64,000 nt of DNA from Minisyncoccota bacterium (GCA_036405175.1 DASWYC010000002.1:537080-601079), one strand, 5' to 3'. Shown: positions 19,641 through 29,586, counted from the stretch's first letter. Notes: generated by a model not told the origin, from the letters alone. Translations and numbers: made by a program.

Positions 19641-19643
19641 ATA

Positions 19644-20363
19644 TTATTTGAGTGAATTAATAAACTGAGCGAGCTCGTCCGGCTTGCGTGACAGTGATCC
19701 GATCAAGAACCCATCTACATTAAACTGCGAAAGTTCTTCTGCCGAAAAATCTGATACTGATCCACCGTAAAGCACCTGATCAAATCCAAGACTTCTAATA
19801 TGTTCGATCGTGCGGATACAGTGTGTAACTACTTCCTCATGTATCATGCCAAACATATCATCTTTATTTGTTGAGATAAGCCACTGCGGTTCATATGCGA
19901 CAAAAATCACAAAATTTTTTGTTATTTTTAGTCTATGCAAATTCTCTAATTCCTGATAGAGGGTCTCCATAATGTCTGATGTTGGCGTTGCCTCTCCAAC
20001 GCAAACTACCAACGTTATTGTGTCTGGTGCAGCAGCAAGAATACGTTCAACTTCTTCTGCGGTCATTCCTGCGCGGCGTTCATCCGAATGACCCACCAAT
20101 CCGTACTTAACGCCAAATTGTGAAATAAACTGAGGATCAGTCGAGCCGGTACCGCCTCCCTCACTCAAACGTACACCTTGCACACCAACCCCGACCTTTC
20201 CCAAAACCTCTACCCCAAGATTGGCAACCTTCTCAACAAATACTGGTGGTACAAACATCACCACCTCCTGCTGAATACCCGAATACCCAGCAACCAACTC
20301 CTTGTACTCCTCGACCGACTTCAACGCATTCTTTGGATTCAAAAAAATATGGTATGGTTTCAT
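19644..20363 (-). CDS. tpiA: Triosephosphate isomerase, divergent
   Basis: LVGHSDERR, VCVGE, AYEPQW, LYGGSV, VDGFLIG; adjacent to pgk. Confidence 0.88.
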   Translation of the reverse strand: MKPYHIFLNPKNALKSVEEYKELVAGYSGIQQEVVMFVPPVFVEKVANLGVEVLGKVGVGVQGVRLSEGGGTGSTDPQFISQFGVKYGLVGHSDERRAGMTAEEVERILAAAPDTITLVVCVGEATPTSDIMETLYQELENLHRLKITKNFVIFVAYEPQWLISTNKDDMFGMIHEEVVTHCIRTIEHIRSLGFDQVLYGGSVSDFSAEELSQFNVDGFLIGSLSRKPDELAQFINSLK

Positions 20364-20532
20364 AACTCAAGTATACCCCCTTCTCTTTAAAATACCGATT
20401 CGCCCCAATCCAAAAATATGGTATGCTGAAATTGCGTCATGGTAGTCAACCGTGATTATTACAAAAATTAAAACAGGGCTCGTGCCGTCACTTGGCAACA
20501 TACAATTTATTGCACGGACGCCTCAACTAAAT

Positions 20533-21771
20533 ATGATCGATCTTAAAGCATTAAAGGCAACACTCGAACTGCTTGAAACCGAGAAAAATATTCCTCGCGA
20601 GAAAGTTATCGAAGCCATCGAATTTGCACTCGCTGCAGCATTCAAAAAGGATTACGGAAAGAAGGGTCAGGTTATCCGCTGTACCTTCAATCAGGAAACT
20701 GGCGAGATGGACTTTGTTCAAGTTAAGACTGTGGTTAATGACACCACGGTTCGCCCAGCGCTCACCGCTGCAGATCTCGAAGCAATGAAAGAAGGAACGT
20801 TTGTTGAAGATGAGCCATCCGAGGATGGCGTAGAACCACTTCCCCGCTTCGATCAGGAAAAACACATTAACATAGCTGATGCTAAAAAAATTAAAGGAGG
20901 TGTTGAGCTTGAAGACGAAATTGTCTTCCCACTTGAAACCCCGGATGGATTTGGACGCATCGCAGCACAAACCGCAAAACAGGTTATCATCTCTCGCATC
21001 AAAGATGCAGAACGTGAGACCGTTGCACATGAGTATCGTGAAAAGATTGGAAACATTCTTCACGGAGTAATTACTAAGTATGATCGCGGAACGGTGTACA
21101 TTGAATTCCCTCGCGCACTCGGAATTCTTGCTCGTGACGAACAGATTCCTGGAGAATTTTACAAACCAGGTCAACGCATCAAAGCATACCTTCAGGATGT
21201 TGAGAACAGCTACAAGGGAGTACTCCTTAAGCTCTCTCGCTCACACCCACTCTTTGTTGAATCACTCTTCACTCTTGAGTCTCCAGAAGTTGCCGGCGGC
21301 ATTGTTGAAATTAAATCAATCGCCCGTGAACCAGGATCACGCTCAAAGATTGCCGTGTCATCAAATGATCCAGCAATCGATCCAGTTGGATCATGTATTG
21401 GTCAACGTGGAAGCCGCGTAAGCTCAATCACCACAGAATTGAATGGCGAGAAAATCGACATCATTCCATGGTCAGCAGATGCAACCGAGTTTATTGCAAA
21501 CTCATTGGCACCGGCTCAAGTACTTTCTGTAACTATTGAAGAAGAGAATCACTTGGCGCACATTGATGTTGCTGAAGATCAACTCTCACTCGCAATTGGT
21601 AAAGGAGGACAAAATGTTCGCCTTGCAGTAAAGCTCACCGGATGGAGAATTGATATCAACGGAATCACTCCTGATGATAACTCAATCACCGAATTGGTTG
21701 ACTCACTTATTAAAACCGATGATTCAGAAGAAGCAGAAGCTGCTGACGACGAATCTGAAGACGATAAATAA
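20533..21771 (+). CDS. nusA: Transcription termination/antitermination factor NusA
   Basis: FGRIAAQTAKQVI, IAREPGSRSKIAV, LSLAIGKGGQNVRLA; start moved to 20533. Confidence 0.97.
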   Translation: MIDLKALKATLELLETEKNIPREKVIEAIEFALAAAFKKDYGKKGQVIRCTFNQETGEMDFVQVKTVVNDTTVRPALTAADLEAMKEGTFVEDEPSEDGVEPLPRFDQEKHINIADAKKIKGGVELEDEIVFPLETPDGFGRIAAQTAKQVIISRIKDAERETVAHEYREKIGNILHGVITKYDRGTVYIEFPRALGILARDEQIPGEFYKPGQRIKAYLQDVENSYKGVLLKLSRSHPLFVESLFTLESPEVAGGIVEIKSIAREPGSRSKIAVSSNDPAIDPVGSCIGQRGSRVSSITTELNGEKIDIIPWSADATEFIANSLAPAQVLSVTIEEENHLAHIDVAEDQLSLAIGKGGQNVRLAVKLTGWRIDINGITPDDNSITELVDSLIKTDDSEEAEAADDESEDDK

Positions 21772-21775
21772 TTAT

Positions 21776-22315
21776 ATGAATCTTTGGCATGACGTTACGC
21801 GAGGAGATAACTTCCCTCAAGAACTTAACACCATTATTGAGATCCAAGCAGGTTCACCTAATAAGTACGAGATTGATAAAGATACCGGACTTATTAAATT
21901 GGATCGTGCTAATTACTCAAGCGCTCCCTATCCATTTGATTACGGATTTGTTCCGCAAACATTATGGGATGATGGCGATGCGCTTGATGTGGTAGTGCTT
22001 ACCACCTACCCACTTTTCCCAGGAGTACTCGTGAATGTTCGTCCGGTTGCGATTATGGAAATGATCGACAGCGGCGAATCTGATCACAAGATCCTTGGAG
22101 TTCCGGTAGATGATAAGCGCTGGGATGATGTGCATGATCTTAAAGATCTCAACAAGCACACCCTCAAAGAAATCTCTCACTTTTTTGAAACCTATAAGGA
22201 ACTCAAGAAAGGCAAAAAAGGAGAAATTGAAATCGGGGAGTTTAAAGGAAAAGACGATGCACTTGCTGCGATCGAAAAATCTAAAAAGCTCTACGAAGAA
22301 AAGTTTGGGAAGTAA
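21776..22315 (+). CDS. ppa: Inorganic pyrophosphatase, family I
   Basis: NKYEIDK, YPFDYGFVPQT..DDGDALDV, HFFETYK. Confidence 0.97.
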   Translation: MNLWHDVTRGDNFPQELNTIIEIQAGSPNKYEIDKDTGLIKLDRANYSSAPYPFDYGFVPQTLWDDGDALDVVVLTTYPLFPGVLVNVRPVAIMEMIDSGESDHKILGVPVDDKRWDDVHDLKDLNKHTLKEISHFFETYKELKKGKKGEIEIGEFKGKDDALAAIEKSKKLYEEKFGK

Positions 22316-22438
22316 TTTCCAGAACCACAAAACCCCACATCAATTGATGTGGGGTTTTGCATATTTAGATGCTATAGAGAAAACCACCCTTTCGGGTGGT
22401 TTTCGATGTGCGATATATATGTGCGCGCACGAACGAGA

Positions 22439-22705
22439 CTATTTCTTTACTGGTGCTGCTGTTGTAGTAGCAGGTGCAGCTGGAACTACTGGAGTTTCTA
22501 CGGTAGTATTGGTTTCCGTAGTAGTGGTTGTAGTTTCTGCAGGAACTCCTTCAACTGGAGTTGTAGTAGTTTCTGTAGTTGTAGTTTCAGTAGTAGTCTC
22601 AGTTCCTTTCTTTGATGAACGGATTACGAATACAAGGATTACCACGATCGCGATCACGATAATTACTGCGAGTACTGCGCTTCCTTTTGCTGATTTATTG
22701 ATCAT
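22439..22705 (-). CDS. Small membrane-anchored Thr-rich protein with a prepilin-like N-terminus
   Basis: AKG|SAVLAVIIVIAIVVILVFV followed by ETTT repeats and a PAAPA tail. Confidence 0.7.
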   Translation of the reverse strand: MINKSAKGSAVLAVIIVIAIVVILVFVIRSSKKGTETTTETTTTETTTTPVEGVPAETTTTTTETNTTVETPVVPAAPATTTAAPVKK

Positions 22706-22855
22706 ATTTGAACTTTAATCTAGTGTACAAAGAGAACCGATGTTCTTTTATAATTACACATCGACCGTGTACCATCCTAGTATACAATGCTTATTTACAA
22801 GGTCAATTTACTTTCCACATAACACCACACAATTATTACTCAATAAAGTCTTCAT

Positions 22856-22884
22856 GTTGAGTCGCGCCTGCGGCGCGACTCAAC
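22856..22884. repeat. GC-rich palindrome with a 3-nt loop
   Basis: GTTGAGTCGCGCC-TGC-GGCGCGACTCAAC (GCA loop on the minus strand) between divergent genes. Confidence 0.8.
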
Positions 22885-22946
22885 CATATCCCATCTTTAC
22901 ATTTATAGGTTTTATCGGTACACTTCCGTAACTAATAACTATATAT

Positions 22947-24032
22947 ATGTCTATGAAATTCACCTCATCAAAAGCCGACAGCGCTACCCCATCACGTGTT
23001 GTACTTACGGTATCTATTCCCTGGAACGAGCTTGAATCGCTTCGTCCAGCAGCAATTAAAACCCTTGGTGCTCAAGTGCAGATGGACGGATTCCGTGCAG
23101 GACATGTTCCAGAAGAGATGCTCCTCAAAAAAATCCCGGCTCATCATATTTTGGGCGAAATGGCTGACAGTGCAATTCAAGCAGTCTATATTGATCTCAT
23201 TAAAGAAAATAATATTACCCCGATTGGAAAGCCCGACATTAATCTTAAAAAACTCGCAGAAGGAAATGAATTTGAATTTACCGTTGAAACTGATGTTCTT
23301 CCAGAAATCACCCTTCCAAAAGACCTTGAAGCACAAGCAAAGAAGTTCTTGTCTCCAGAAATTAATGTTGAGGTTTCAGATGATGAGGTGACCCAGGCAC
23401 TCAAAGAAATCCAAACGATGCGCTATCAACGTGACGGCCACGATGTTCCTGAAGAACTTCCCGAGCTTGATGACGCATTTGCTCAAACCCTTGGAAAGTT
23501 TCAAACGTTGGCAGAAGTGCGCGAGGTAATCAAAGACAATATTGAACACGAAAAAATGCACCATGAAATTGATAAACGCCACGGAGAATTCTATGACGCA
23601 ATTGCAGATGCAGTAACCACAGATATGCCGCAAAGCATTGTTCAATTTGAAATCGACAAGCGCATTTCCCAGCTTGAATACGATGCTGCAATGGGAGGCT
23701 CAACGCTCGATGAGTATCTTGCATCTATTGAGAAGACCCGTGAGACATTACTTGAAGAAATGACTCCCGTTGCCACCAAGTCTGCAAAGCTCGAACTTAT
23801 CTTTAACGAAATCGCCAACCAGAATAACTTAATACCCGATGAAAAGATGATTGAAGAAGAAGTACAAGCGGCCACAACTCGCTATAAAGATTCAAAAGAT
23901 TTTGATGTTAACCGCGCTCGCGACTACTTCTATACCGTATACAAAAATCGCATGGTAGTGCACCACCTTGATGTTCTTGGAGGACTCCCTCACATTCATC
24001 ATGATGAACATGACCACCATCACCACGACTAA
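22947..24032 (+). CDS. tig: Trigger factor (PPIase domain apparently missing; His-rich tail)
   Basis: GFRAGHVP ribosome-binding motif, ELDDAFAQTLG; upstream of clpP; only 361 aa. Confidence 0.9.
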   Translation: MSMKFTSSKADSATPSRVVLTVSIPWNELESLRPAAIKTLGAQVQMDGFRAGHVPEEMLLKKIPAHHILGEMADSAIQAVYIDLIKENNITPIGKPDINLKKLAEGNEFEFTVETDVLPEITLPKDLEAQAKKFLSPEINVEVSDDEVTQALKEIQTMRYQRDGHDVPEELPELDDAFAQTLGKFQTLAEVREVIKDNIEHEKMHHEIDKRHGEFYDAIADAVTTDMPQSIVQFEIDKRISQLEYDAAMGGSTLDEYLASIEKTRETLLEEMTPVATKSAKLELIFNEIANQNNLIPDEKMIEEEVQAATTRYKDSKDFDVNRARDYFYTVYKNRMVVHHLDVLGGLPHIHHDEHDHHHHD

Positions 24033-24061
24033 TTATTAGGATATAATTGAGATACATATAT

Positions 24062-24646
24062 ATGTTAATCCCAACCGTACTTGAAAAAACAGCTAATGGA
24101 GAACGCGCGTATGATATTTACTCTCGCCTTCTCCGCGATCGCATTATCTTTTTAGGAGATGCCGTTGATGATCATTCAGCAAGCTTGCTGGTTGCTCAAA
24201 TGCTTTTCCTTGAAGCAGAAGATCCGAAGAAAGATATTCACCTCTATGTAAACTCACCTGGAGGAAGCATCTCTGCCATGCTTGCGATCATTGACACCAT
24301 GAACCACATCAAACCGGATGTTTCTACGATTTGTGTAGGAATGGCGGCATCTGCAGGGGCATGGATCCTTTCAGCAGGCGCAAAAGGAAAACGATTTGCG
24401 CTCCCTAACTCAACCGTTATGCTTCACCAACCTCTTGGAGGAGCACAAGGACAAGCATCTGATATTGAAATTACCGCAAAAAATATTCTTAAGATTCGCG
24501 ACTTGATGGTAAAAATGATGGTAAAAAATACCGGAAAATCAGCCGAGCAAGTCCGCAAAGATATTGACCGCGATTACTGGCTTGATGCCGAAGAGGCTAA
24601 AAAGTACGGTATCGTAGATGAGATTTTAAAATCAAAACAGAAATAA
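24062..24646 (+). CDS. clpP: ATP-dependent Clp protease proteolytic subunit
   Basis: [33 protein letters not shown]. Confidence 0.98.
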   Translation: MLIPTVLEKTANGERAYDIYSRLLRDRIIFLGDAVDDHSASLLVAQMLFLEAEDPKKDIHLYVNSPGGSISAMLAIIDTMNHIKPDVSTICVGMAASAGAWILSAGAKGKRFALPNSTVMLHQPLGGAQGQASDIEITAKNILKIRDLMVKMMVKNTGKSAEQVRKDIDRDYWLDAEEAKKYGIVDEILKSKQK

Positions 24647-24657
24647 TTGGCAAAACA

Positions 24658-24694
24658 ATTAAAGCCCGACGAGCTTCACTCGTCGGGCTTTAAT
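24658..24694 (+). terminator. Palindromic hairpin after clpP (terminator-like)
   Basis: ATTAAAGCCCGACGAG-CTTCA-CTCGTCGGGCTTTAAT. Confidence 0.7.
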
Positions 24695-24790
24695 CTTATC
24701 TTCATTTGTCGTCACAACAAAATCTGTTATGATCAAGATGAGGACCTTCCGTCACGACTGATCCTCATTACTCAATAATCATTTCCGCAT

Positions 24791-26308
24791 ATGCCCACCC
24801 TACAGATTCTTGGTGGTGTGGTGGCAGGTATTGGAATTGGATACATCATTTGGTATATCCGCCACCAGCTTGCAGCAAAAAATGTCGATTTTGACATCAA
24901 AGCAAAAACCCTGAAAGCCAAGGAAGAAATTCAAACCATGATGGACGAGGCTAAAGAAAAAGCCGAGAAAATCATTACCGAGGCACGCGACAAGCATGAC
25001 ATCCGTGAAAAAGAGCTCATAACGCTCCAGGAAAAGTTCCTCCAAAAAGAAGAATTGCTCGAAGCGCGCCGCAATGACATTACCAATCACGAGCAGCTCC
25101 TTAAAACCAAGATTGAAGAGATCGAAGCGCTCAAGGTTGAGGCTCGTCAAAAACTTGATGAACGTGCAAAAAAGATTGAAGATCTTGCCAAGCTTACCAA
25201 AGATGAGGCACTCGACCTTCTTAAGCATGAAGTCGCCAAAGATCATCAAGATGATCTCGCAAAGCTCATGGCAACATTTGAGCTTCAAAAAAAAGAAGAG
25301 CTTGGAAAACGAGCTCAAGATATTCTGGTTTCAACTATTCACCGTCTTGCTTCATCGACTGCATCAGAGATTACCGTAACCACGGTACAAATCCCGTCTG
25401 ATGAAATCAAAGGAAAAGTGATCGGACGCGAAGGACGCAATATTCGTACGTTTGAACGCGTGCTGGGCGTAGAGCTTTTGGTGGACGATACTCCAGGAGC
25501 AATAATTATCTCATCATTTGATCCGGTACGTCGCCAGATTGCCCGCGTTGCACTTGAGAACTTGATTAGCGACGGTCGCATTCAGCCCGCCAAGATTGAA
25601 GAGTTTGCCGAAAAAGCAAAGTCTGAAATCCATGAAATCATTAAACAACAAGGAGAAGCCGCTTGTTTAGAGCTTGGCATCTACAACTTTGATCCACGCC
25701 TCGTTGCTCTTGTTGGTCGTCTTCATTTTAGAACCAGTTACGGCCAAAATGTATTAAACCATTCAATTGAAATGGCGCACCTTGCAGCCATGCTTGCAGA
25801 AGAACTTGGCGCCGATGTATACATTTCAAAAGCAGCCGCACTCGTGCATGATATTGGAAAAGCACTTGATCACGAATTCCAAGGCTCACACATTGAAATT
25901 GGCATTAAAGTGCTTCGCAAATACGGCGTTGATGAGCGCATCATAACCGCCATGAAATCTCATCATGATGATTATCCTCATGAAACGATTGAAGCAGTTA
26001 TTATTCAAACCTGCGATATGATTTCTGGAGCGCGCCCCGGTGCTCGCCGTGATACCGTTGAGAATTACATTAAGCGACTCACTGATCTTGAAAATATTGC
26101 AAACAATATGGAGGGTATTGAAAAAGCATATGCCCTCTCTGCTGGTCGTGAGATTAGAGTATTTGTGAATCCACACGATATTACTGACATGGATGCATAC
26201 AAACTCGCTCGTGAACTTGCCCAGAAGATTGAATCTTCATTAAGTTATCCGGGTGAAATTAAAATCACCTTGATACGCGAATCACGCATTATTGATTTTG
26301 CGAGATAA
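24791..26308 (+). CDS. rny: Ribonuclease Y
   Basis: N-terminal TM, coiled coil, KH (KGKVIGREGRNIR), HD domain (HDIGKA), SGARPGARR. Confidence 0.97.
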   Translation: MPTLQILGGVVAGIGIGYIIWYIRHQLAAKNVDFDIKAKTLKAKEEIQTMMDEAKEKAEKIITEARDKHDIREKELITLQEKFLQKEELLEARRNDITNHEQLLKTKIEEIEALKVEARQKLDERAKKIEDLAKLTKDEALDLLKHEVAKDHQDDLAKLMATFELQKKEELGKRAQDILVSTIHRLASSTASEITVTTVQIPSDEIKGKVIGREGRNIRTFERVLGVELLVDDTPGAIIISSFDPVRRQIARVALENLISDGRIQPAKIEEFAEKAKSEIHEIIKQQGEAACLELGIYNFDPRLVALVGRLHFRTSYGQNVLNHSIEMAHLAAMLAEELGADVYISKAAALVHDIGKALDHEFQGSHIEIGIKVLRKYGVDERIITAMKSHHDDYPHETIEAVIIQTCDMISGARPGARRDTVENYIKRLTDLENIANNMEGIEKAYALSAGREIRVFVNPHDITDMDAYKLARELAQKIESSLSYPGEIKITLIRESRIIDFAR

Positions 26309-26353
26309 TCAAATCATAGTAAATGCCTCTCATTAAAAATGAGAGGCATTTCT

Positions 26354-26720
26354 TTATTCGCCCAAAATCAAACCCCTTATCATGCCCACAACAACGAACT
26401 CTGCACCTACTAAGAGGGCAAGGAAAAGAATGATAGCAAAATTATTAAAACCCTTAGAGTATCCATATTTATATGTAAACCAGTGTCTTTTAACTCCTTC
26501 CCAAGATATCATAGCCACCACAGCAACATTCAACACAAGTAGCATGCTCAATATAGGCCACATATATTTTGTGTAATATATCTCAATATCTTCAGGTGTA
26601 CTCTCAAAATAAAGTATTGGAATAGCTTCTAAAAAGACTTGGACCCCAATAAATACTGCAATTATAGCGATCTTTAGCCAATAGCGCTCTCCGAGCCAAT
26701 AATGAAGTTGTTTTTTTCAT
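26354..26720 (-). pseudogene. Three-TM membrane protein gene frameshifted in an A7 tract just after its ATG
   Basis: ATG at 26720 is one base out of frame with ORF 26354-26563; removing one A gives MKKQLHYWLGERYWLKIAIIAVFIG... continuous to the stop. Confidence 0.55.
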
Positions 26721-26867
26721 TTCAGTTTTCTTTTAAATTAAGGATTATTTAAAAAACACTATACCAATCCACACAAATAAGTCAATACCACTTTTCAAAA
26801 ACCCTTAGTTTATAATATATCTAGCACGCATCGATGTGCTTAAGCATAATTACCAAACTATCTAAGT

Positions 26868-27140
26868 ATGAAGAAACAAGACATCATCAACATGTTCGCT
26901 GAGATGCTCGACATCACCAAGGTTAAAGCAACCGAAGTTGTTGAAGCACTCTTTGAAACCATTTCTAAAGAAATGAAGAAAGGAGGAAGTGTTGATATTG
27001 CAGGATTTGGTAGCTTCCTAGCTGCACCTGTAAAAGCTTCAGTAAAGCGCAACCCAAAGACCGGAGCATCAGTAAATGTTCCTGCGCACAAGAAGCCAAA
27101 ATTCCGTCCTGCAAAGGCACTCAAGGAATTGGTGTACTAA
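26868..27140 (+). CDS. hup: DNA-binding protein HU
   Basis: VDIAGFGSF, RNPKTG, PKFRPAKALKE. Confidence 0.95.
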   Translation: MKKQDIINMFAEMLDITKVKATEVVEALFETISKEMKKGGSVDIAGFGSFLAAPVKASVKRNPKTGASVNVPAHKKPKFRPAKALKELVY

Positions 27141-27333
27141 TTTGAGTCATCGACTCCCCTGCGGTCAACAGGGTCCTCTATATTTCTGGTGTAGTATCCG
27201 CAATACATATTACCCGCATTAAAATCCCTCGAATGAGGGATTTTAATGTACTCTATAATTTTAAGAGTTTGATATGGATTATTTAAGGAAGGACGAGCAA
27301 TAAATAAAACCTCATTTGAGGCTTTATTTTCTG

Positions 27334-27404
27334 TGCGGGTGAAGGGAATCGAACCCTTGTCTTCTGCTTGGAAGGCAGACATTCTACCACTAGACCACAC
27401 CCGC
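27334..27404 (-). tRNA. tRNA-Gly (TCC)
   Basis: Cloverleaf GCGGGTG...TCTGC-CTTCCAA-GCAGA...GGTTCGATT...CACCCGCA; CCA not encoded. Confidence 0.95.
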
Positions 27405-27451
27405 GTTGTTTCATATCATAGCAAAAAATGAACAAAAAGAAAAGAGCCTGT

Positions 27452-28078
27452 TTATGTAACAGCCTCTTGTTCTACTTGCAAAACAAACTCCTTCTCTAAG
27501 ATTGGCCTCACCTGACCCCAGAGCCCTTCTCGGGTTGTCTCCTTGTTGTTATAAACAACATAGTCAGCTATTTTTTCTCCAAGATCAATTTCAAATAAAG
27601 CTCTTTTGAGTCGTTCATCAATTGTCTCTTCTGAAGTGTCTTGTCTTTTTACAAGACGATCTCTTAACGTCTCAAGAACATTCTTTTGTAGAGAAATGAA
27701 AATCACAATTACCTTGTCTTTATATCTTTGTTTCAGGTTTTCTGCCCCCTTTACATCAATATCAAGAATAGGAGTAGCTCCGCTTTCAAGGGTTTTATTA
27801 ATTGCCTCAACGGAAGTGCCGTAAAAAACACCTTCGTAAACCATTTGCCACTCTAAAAAGAACTTCTTATGAACCATTTCAAAAAAAGTATTATAGTCAC
27901 AAAAGTTGTATGTTGTACCTGCTATATCTTTTTTACGAGGCGATCTTGTGGTTGTTGAGACAGAAAACGTAAAAAGACTTTTGAAAAACTTAAATATCAG
28001 AGTAACCAATGTCGACTTTCCTCCTCCCGAGGGTCCACAGATTACAAGGATTTTGCCTGTTAATTCTGTTTTTTCCAC
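27452..28078 (-). CDS. gmk: Guanylate kinase
   Basis: GPSGGGKST, SVSTTTRSPR, FLEW, YGTS, LDIDVKGA. Confidence 0.93.
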   Translation of the reverse strand: MEKTELTGKILVICGPSGGGKSTLVTLIFKFFKSLFTFSVSTTTRSPRKKDIAGTTYNFCDYNTFFEMVHKKFFLEWQMVYEGVFYGTSVEAINKTLESGATPILDIDVKGAENLKQRYKDKVIVIFISLQKNVLETLRDRLVKRQDTSEETIDERLKRALFEIDLGEKIADYVVYNNKETTREGLWGQVRPILEKEFVLQVEQEAVT

Positions 28079-28219
28079 TGTGTTATTAAAAGGTTTAGTT
28101 TGAAAAAAATTTCACCAACTATACCACACCTACGCAAAAACACCAGCTTTCACTGGTGTTTTAGATATCAACCACAAATCAATCCTCATTAAAAAGATAT
28201 CGTGGTTTATGAAACACTA

Positions 28220-28588
28220 TTACGCTTTTTTCTTATCAAGCCTATCGAGGCCCAACCCTTTAAATACAAAATACACAACGGCGGCAATAATGGCAAAGTC
28301 TACCATCGTTGCGATAAAGCTTCCATACTTAAGCGTTGTGCCACCAATATTAATAACAAGCTCCTTAAGATCTCCTGCTCCCCCCAAGATAAGTCCAATG
28401 AGTGGATTAATCACATCATCAACCAATGAAGCAACGATCTTTGAAACAGCACCTCCCAAAATAAATCCAACCGCAAGTCCCACTACCCCCTGTTCTCTAA
28501 TAAAAGTGACAAATCCCTCAACACGTGATTTTGTTTCGTGTGAAACTTCAATGATTTCTTCTTTAAGCTCTTGTTTAAATTCTTCCAT
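28220..28588 (-). CDS. mscL: Large-conductance mechanosensitive channel
   Basis: VVGLAVGFILGGAVSKIVASLVDDVINPLIG, YGSFI. Confidence 0.93.
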   Translation of the reverse strand: MEEFKQELKEEIIEVSHETKSRVEGFVTFIREQGVVGLAVGFILGGAVSKIVASLVDDVINPLIGLILGGAGDLKELVINIGGTTLKYGSFIATMVDFAIIAAVVYFVFKGLGLDRLDKKKA

Positions 28589-28686
28589 AACAATTCACGA
28601 TGACTGATATATCTCTAGTATATAAGAAAAATTTGGCGTTTGGGGCTTTCCTATTCCCTGCTTGTATGCTATTCTTGGAATACCTA

Positions 28687-28759
28687 CGGGGTGTGGTGTA
28701 ACGGCTAACATGCTGGTTTTGGGTACCAGTGACTCCGGGTTCGAATCCCGGCACCCCGA
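28687..28759 (+). tRNA. tRNA-Pro (TGG)
   Basis: CGGGGTG...CTGGT-TTTGGGT-ACCAG...GGTTCGAATCC...CACCCCGA. Confidence 0.95.
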
Positions 28760-28854
28760 CACGTAAAAGATTCAGTTGAAAAACTGGGTTTTTTAATTTC
28801 TCAATAAAATAGCCCCCATCCTCTTGCTAAAAAGCCACAGTCCATAGTTCAATT

Positions 28855-29208
28855 TTAGAGAATCTCAACAAAGTCTATCTCCGGTATACTGTTAATGATC
28901 TTTACACGAGCCGCCACAAACCTAACAGGGATACTAGGATATTGAGGAAAAACCTTTTGATAGTAGACGTGACGCATGCGTTCTACTTTTTGTGGATTAA
29001 CTGCAAAAAACGGATCATAGTCCATACTTCTCTCTTGGACAAGATGAGACTTCACCTCATACACATATATGTAGCGCCCCTTACGGCTCACAATGTCCAA
29101 TTCCCCACCTTTCCCGTAGATATTCCGGCCAATAATAACGTGTCCATTAGAGGTAAGTTCTTGAGCCACAACCTCTTCCGCATATTGTCCTTTATCACGC
29201 GTACTCAT
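28855..29208 (-). CDS. yraN: YraN/UPF0102-family nuclease
   Basis: GQYAEEVVA, GELDIVS, YEVKS PD-(D/E)xK pattern. Confidence 0.88.
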   Translation of the reverse strand: MSTRDKGQYAEEVVAQELTSNGHVIIGRNIYGKGGELDIVSRKGRYIYVYEVKSHLVQERSMDYDPFFAVNPQKVERMRHVYYQKVFPQYPSIPVRFVAARVKIINSIPEIDFVEIL

Positions 29209-29315
29209 GTTTATATACTAGACTCTGTCCTTTTGAGAGTCTAATACTTTCTAACGAACATTTTTGTCATCCATATAGGACATATTGGTCATATTCTTAA
29301 AGGACATCTTAAAAG

Positions 29316-29403
29316 TTATCCCCAGTTTAGTATGGTTATACACTCACTTATCCACACCACTTTCTCACTTTACCCTAAAAGTGGTGGATAAGTCTGTGGA
29401 TAG
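29316..29403. promoter_or_regulatory. Cluster of DnaA-box-like 9-mers away from dnaA
   Basis: TTATCCCCA 29316, TTATACACT 29336, TTATCCACA 29348, GGTGGATAA 29383, TGTGGATAG 29395. Confidence 0.7.
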
Positions 29404-29515
29404 TGTGATTTTATCGGACAAAGAGGTGGTTTTAAAGGACATAAAAAGTGCTCGGGGGGTTCAAAAGAAAATGAGCTTTATTTTTTATAGCAAATAGCGT
29501 ATACTATTCTGCGTT

Positions 29516-29586
29516 GCGGGTATGGTCTAGTGGTAGAATGCGTCCTTGCCAAGGACGAGACAGGAGTTCGATTCTCCTTACCCGCA
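29516..29586 (+). tRNA. tRNA-Gly (GCC)
   Basis: GCGGGTA...CGTCC-TTGCCAA-GGACG...GTTCGATT...TACCCGCA. Confidence 0.95.

Noticed and set aside
22110-22718. 202-aa Val-rich plus-strand ORF
   Set aside because: It is the antisense shadow of the Thr-rich gene and crosses two terminator-like hairpins.
27137-27400. 87-aa minus-strand ORF
   Set aside because: It begins inside tRNA-Gly and runs through terminator-like hairpins, so it is spurious.
28209-28607. 132-aa plus-strand ORF, and the many other short overlapping ORFs in the track
   Set aside because: They are antisense or out-of-frame shadows of clear genes (here mscL) with no motifs of their own.
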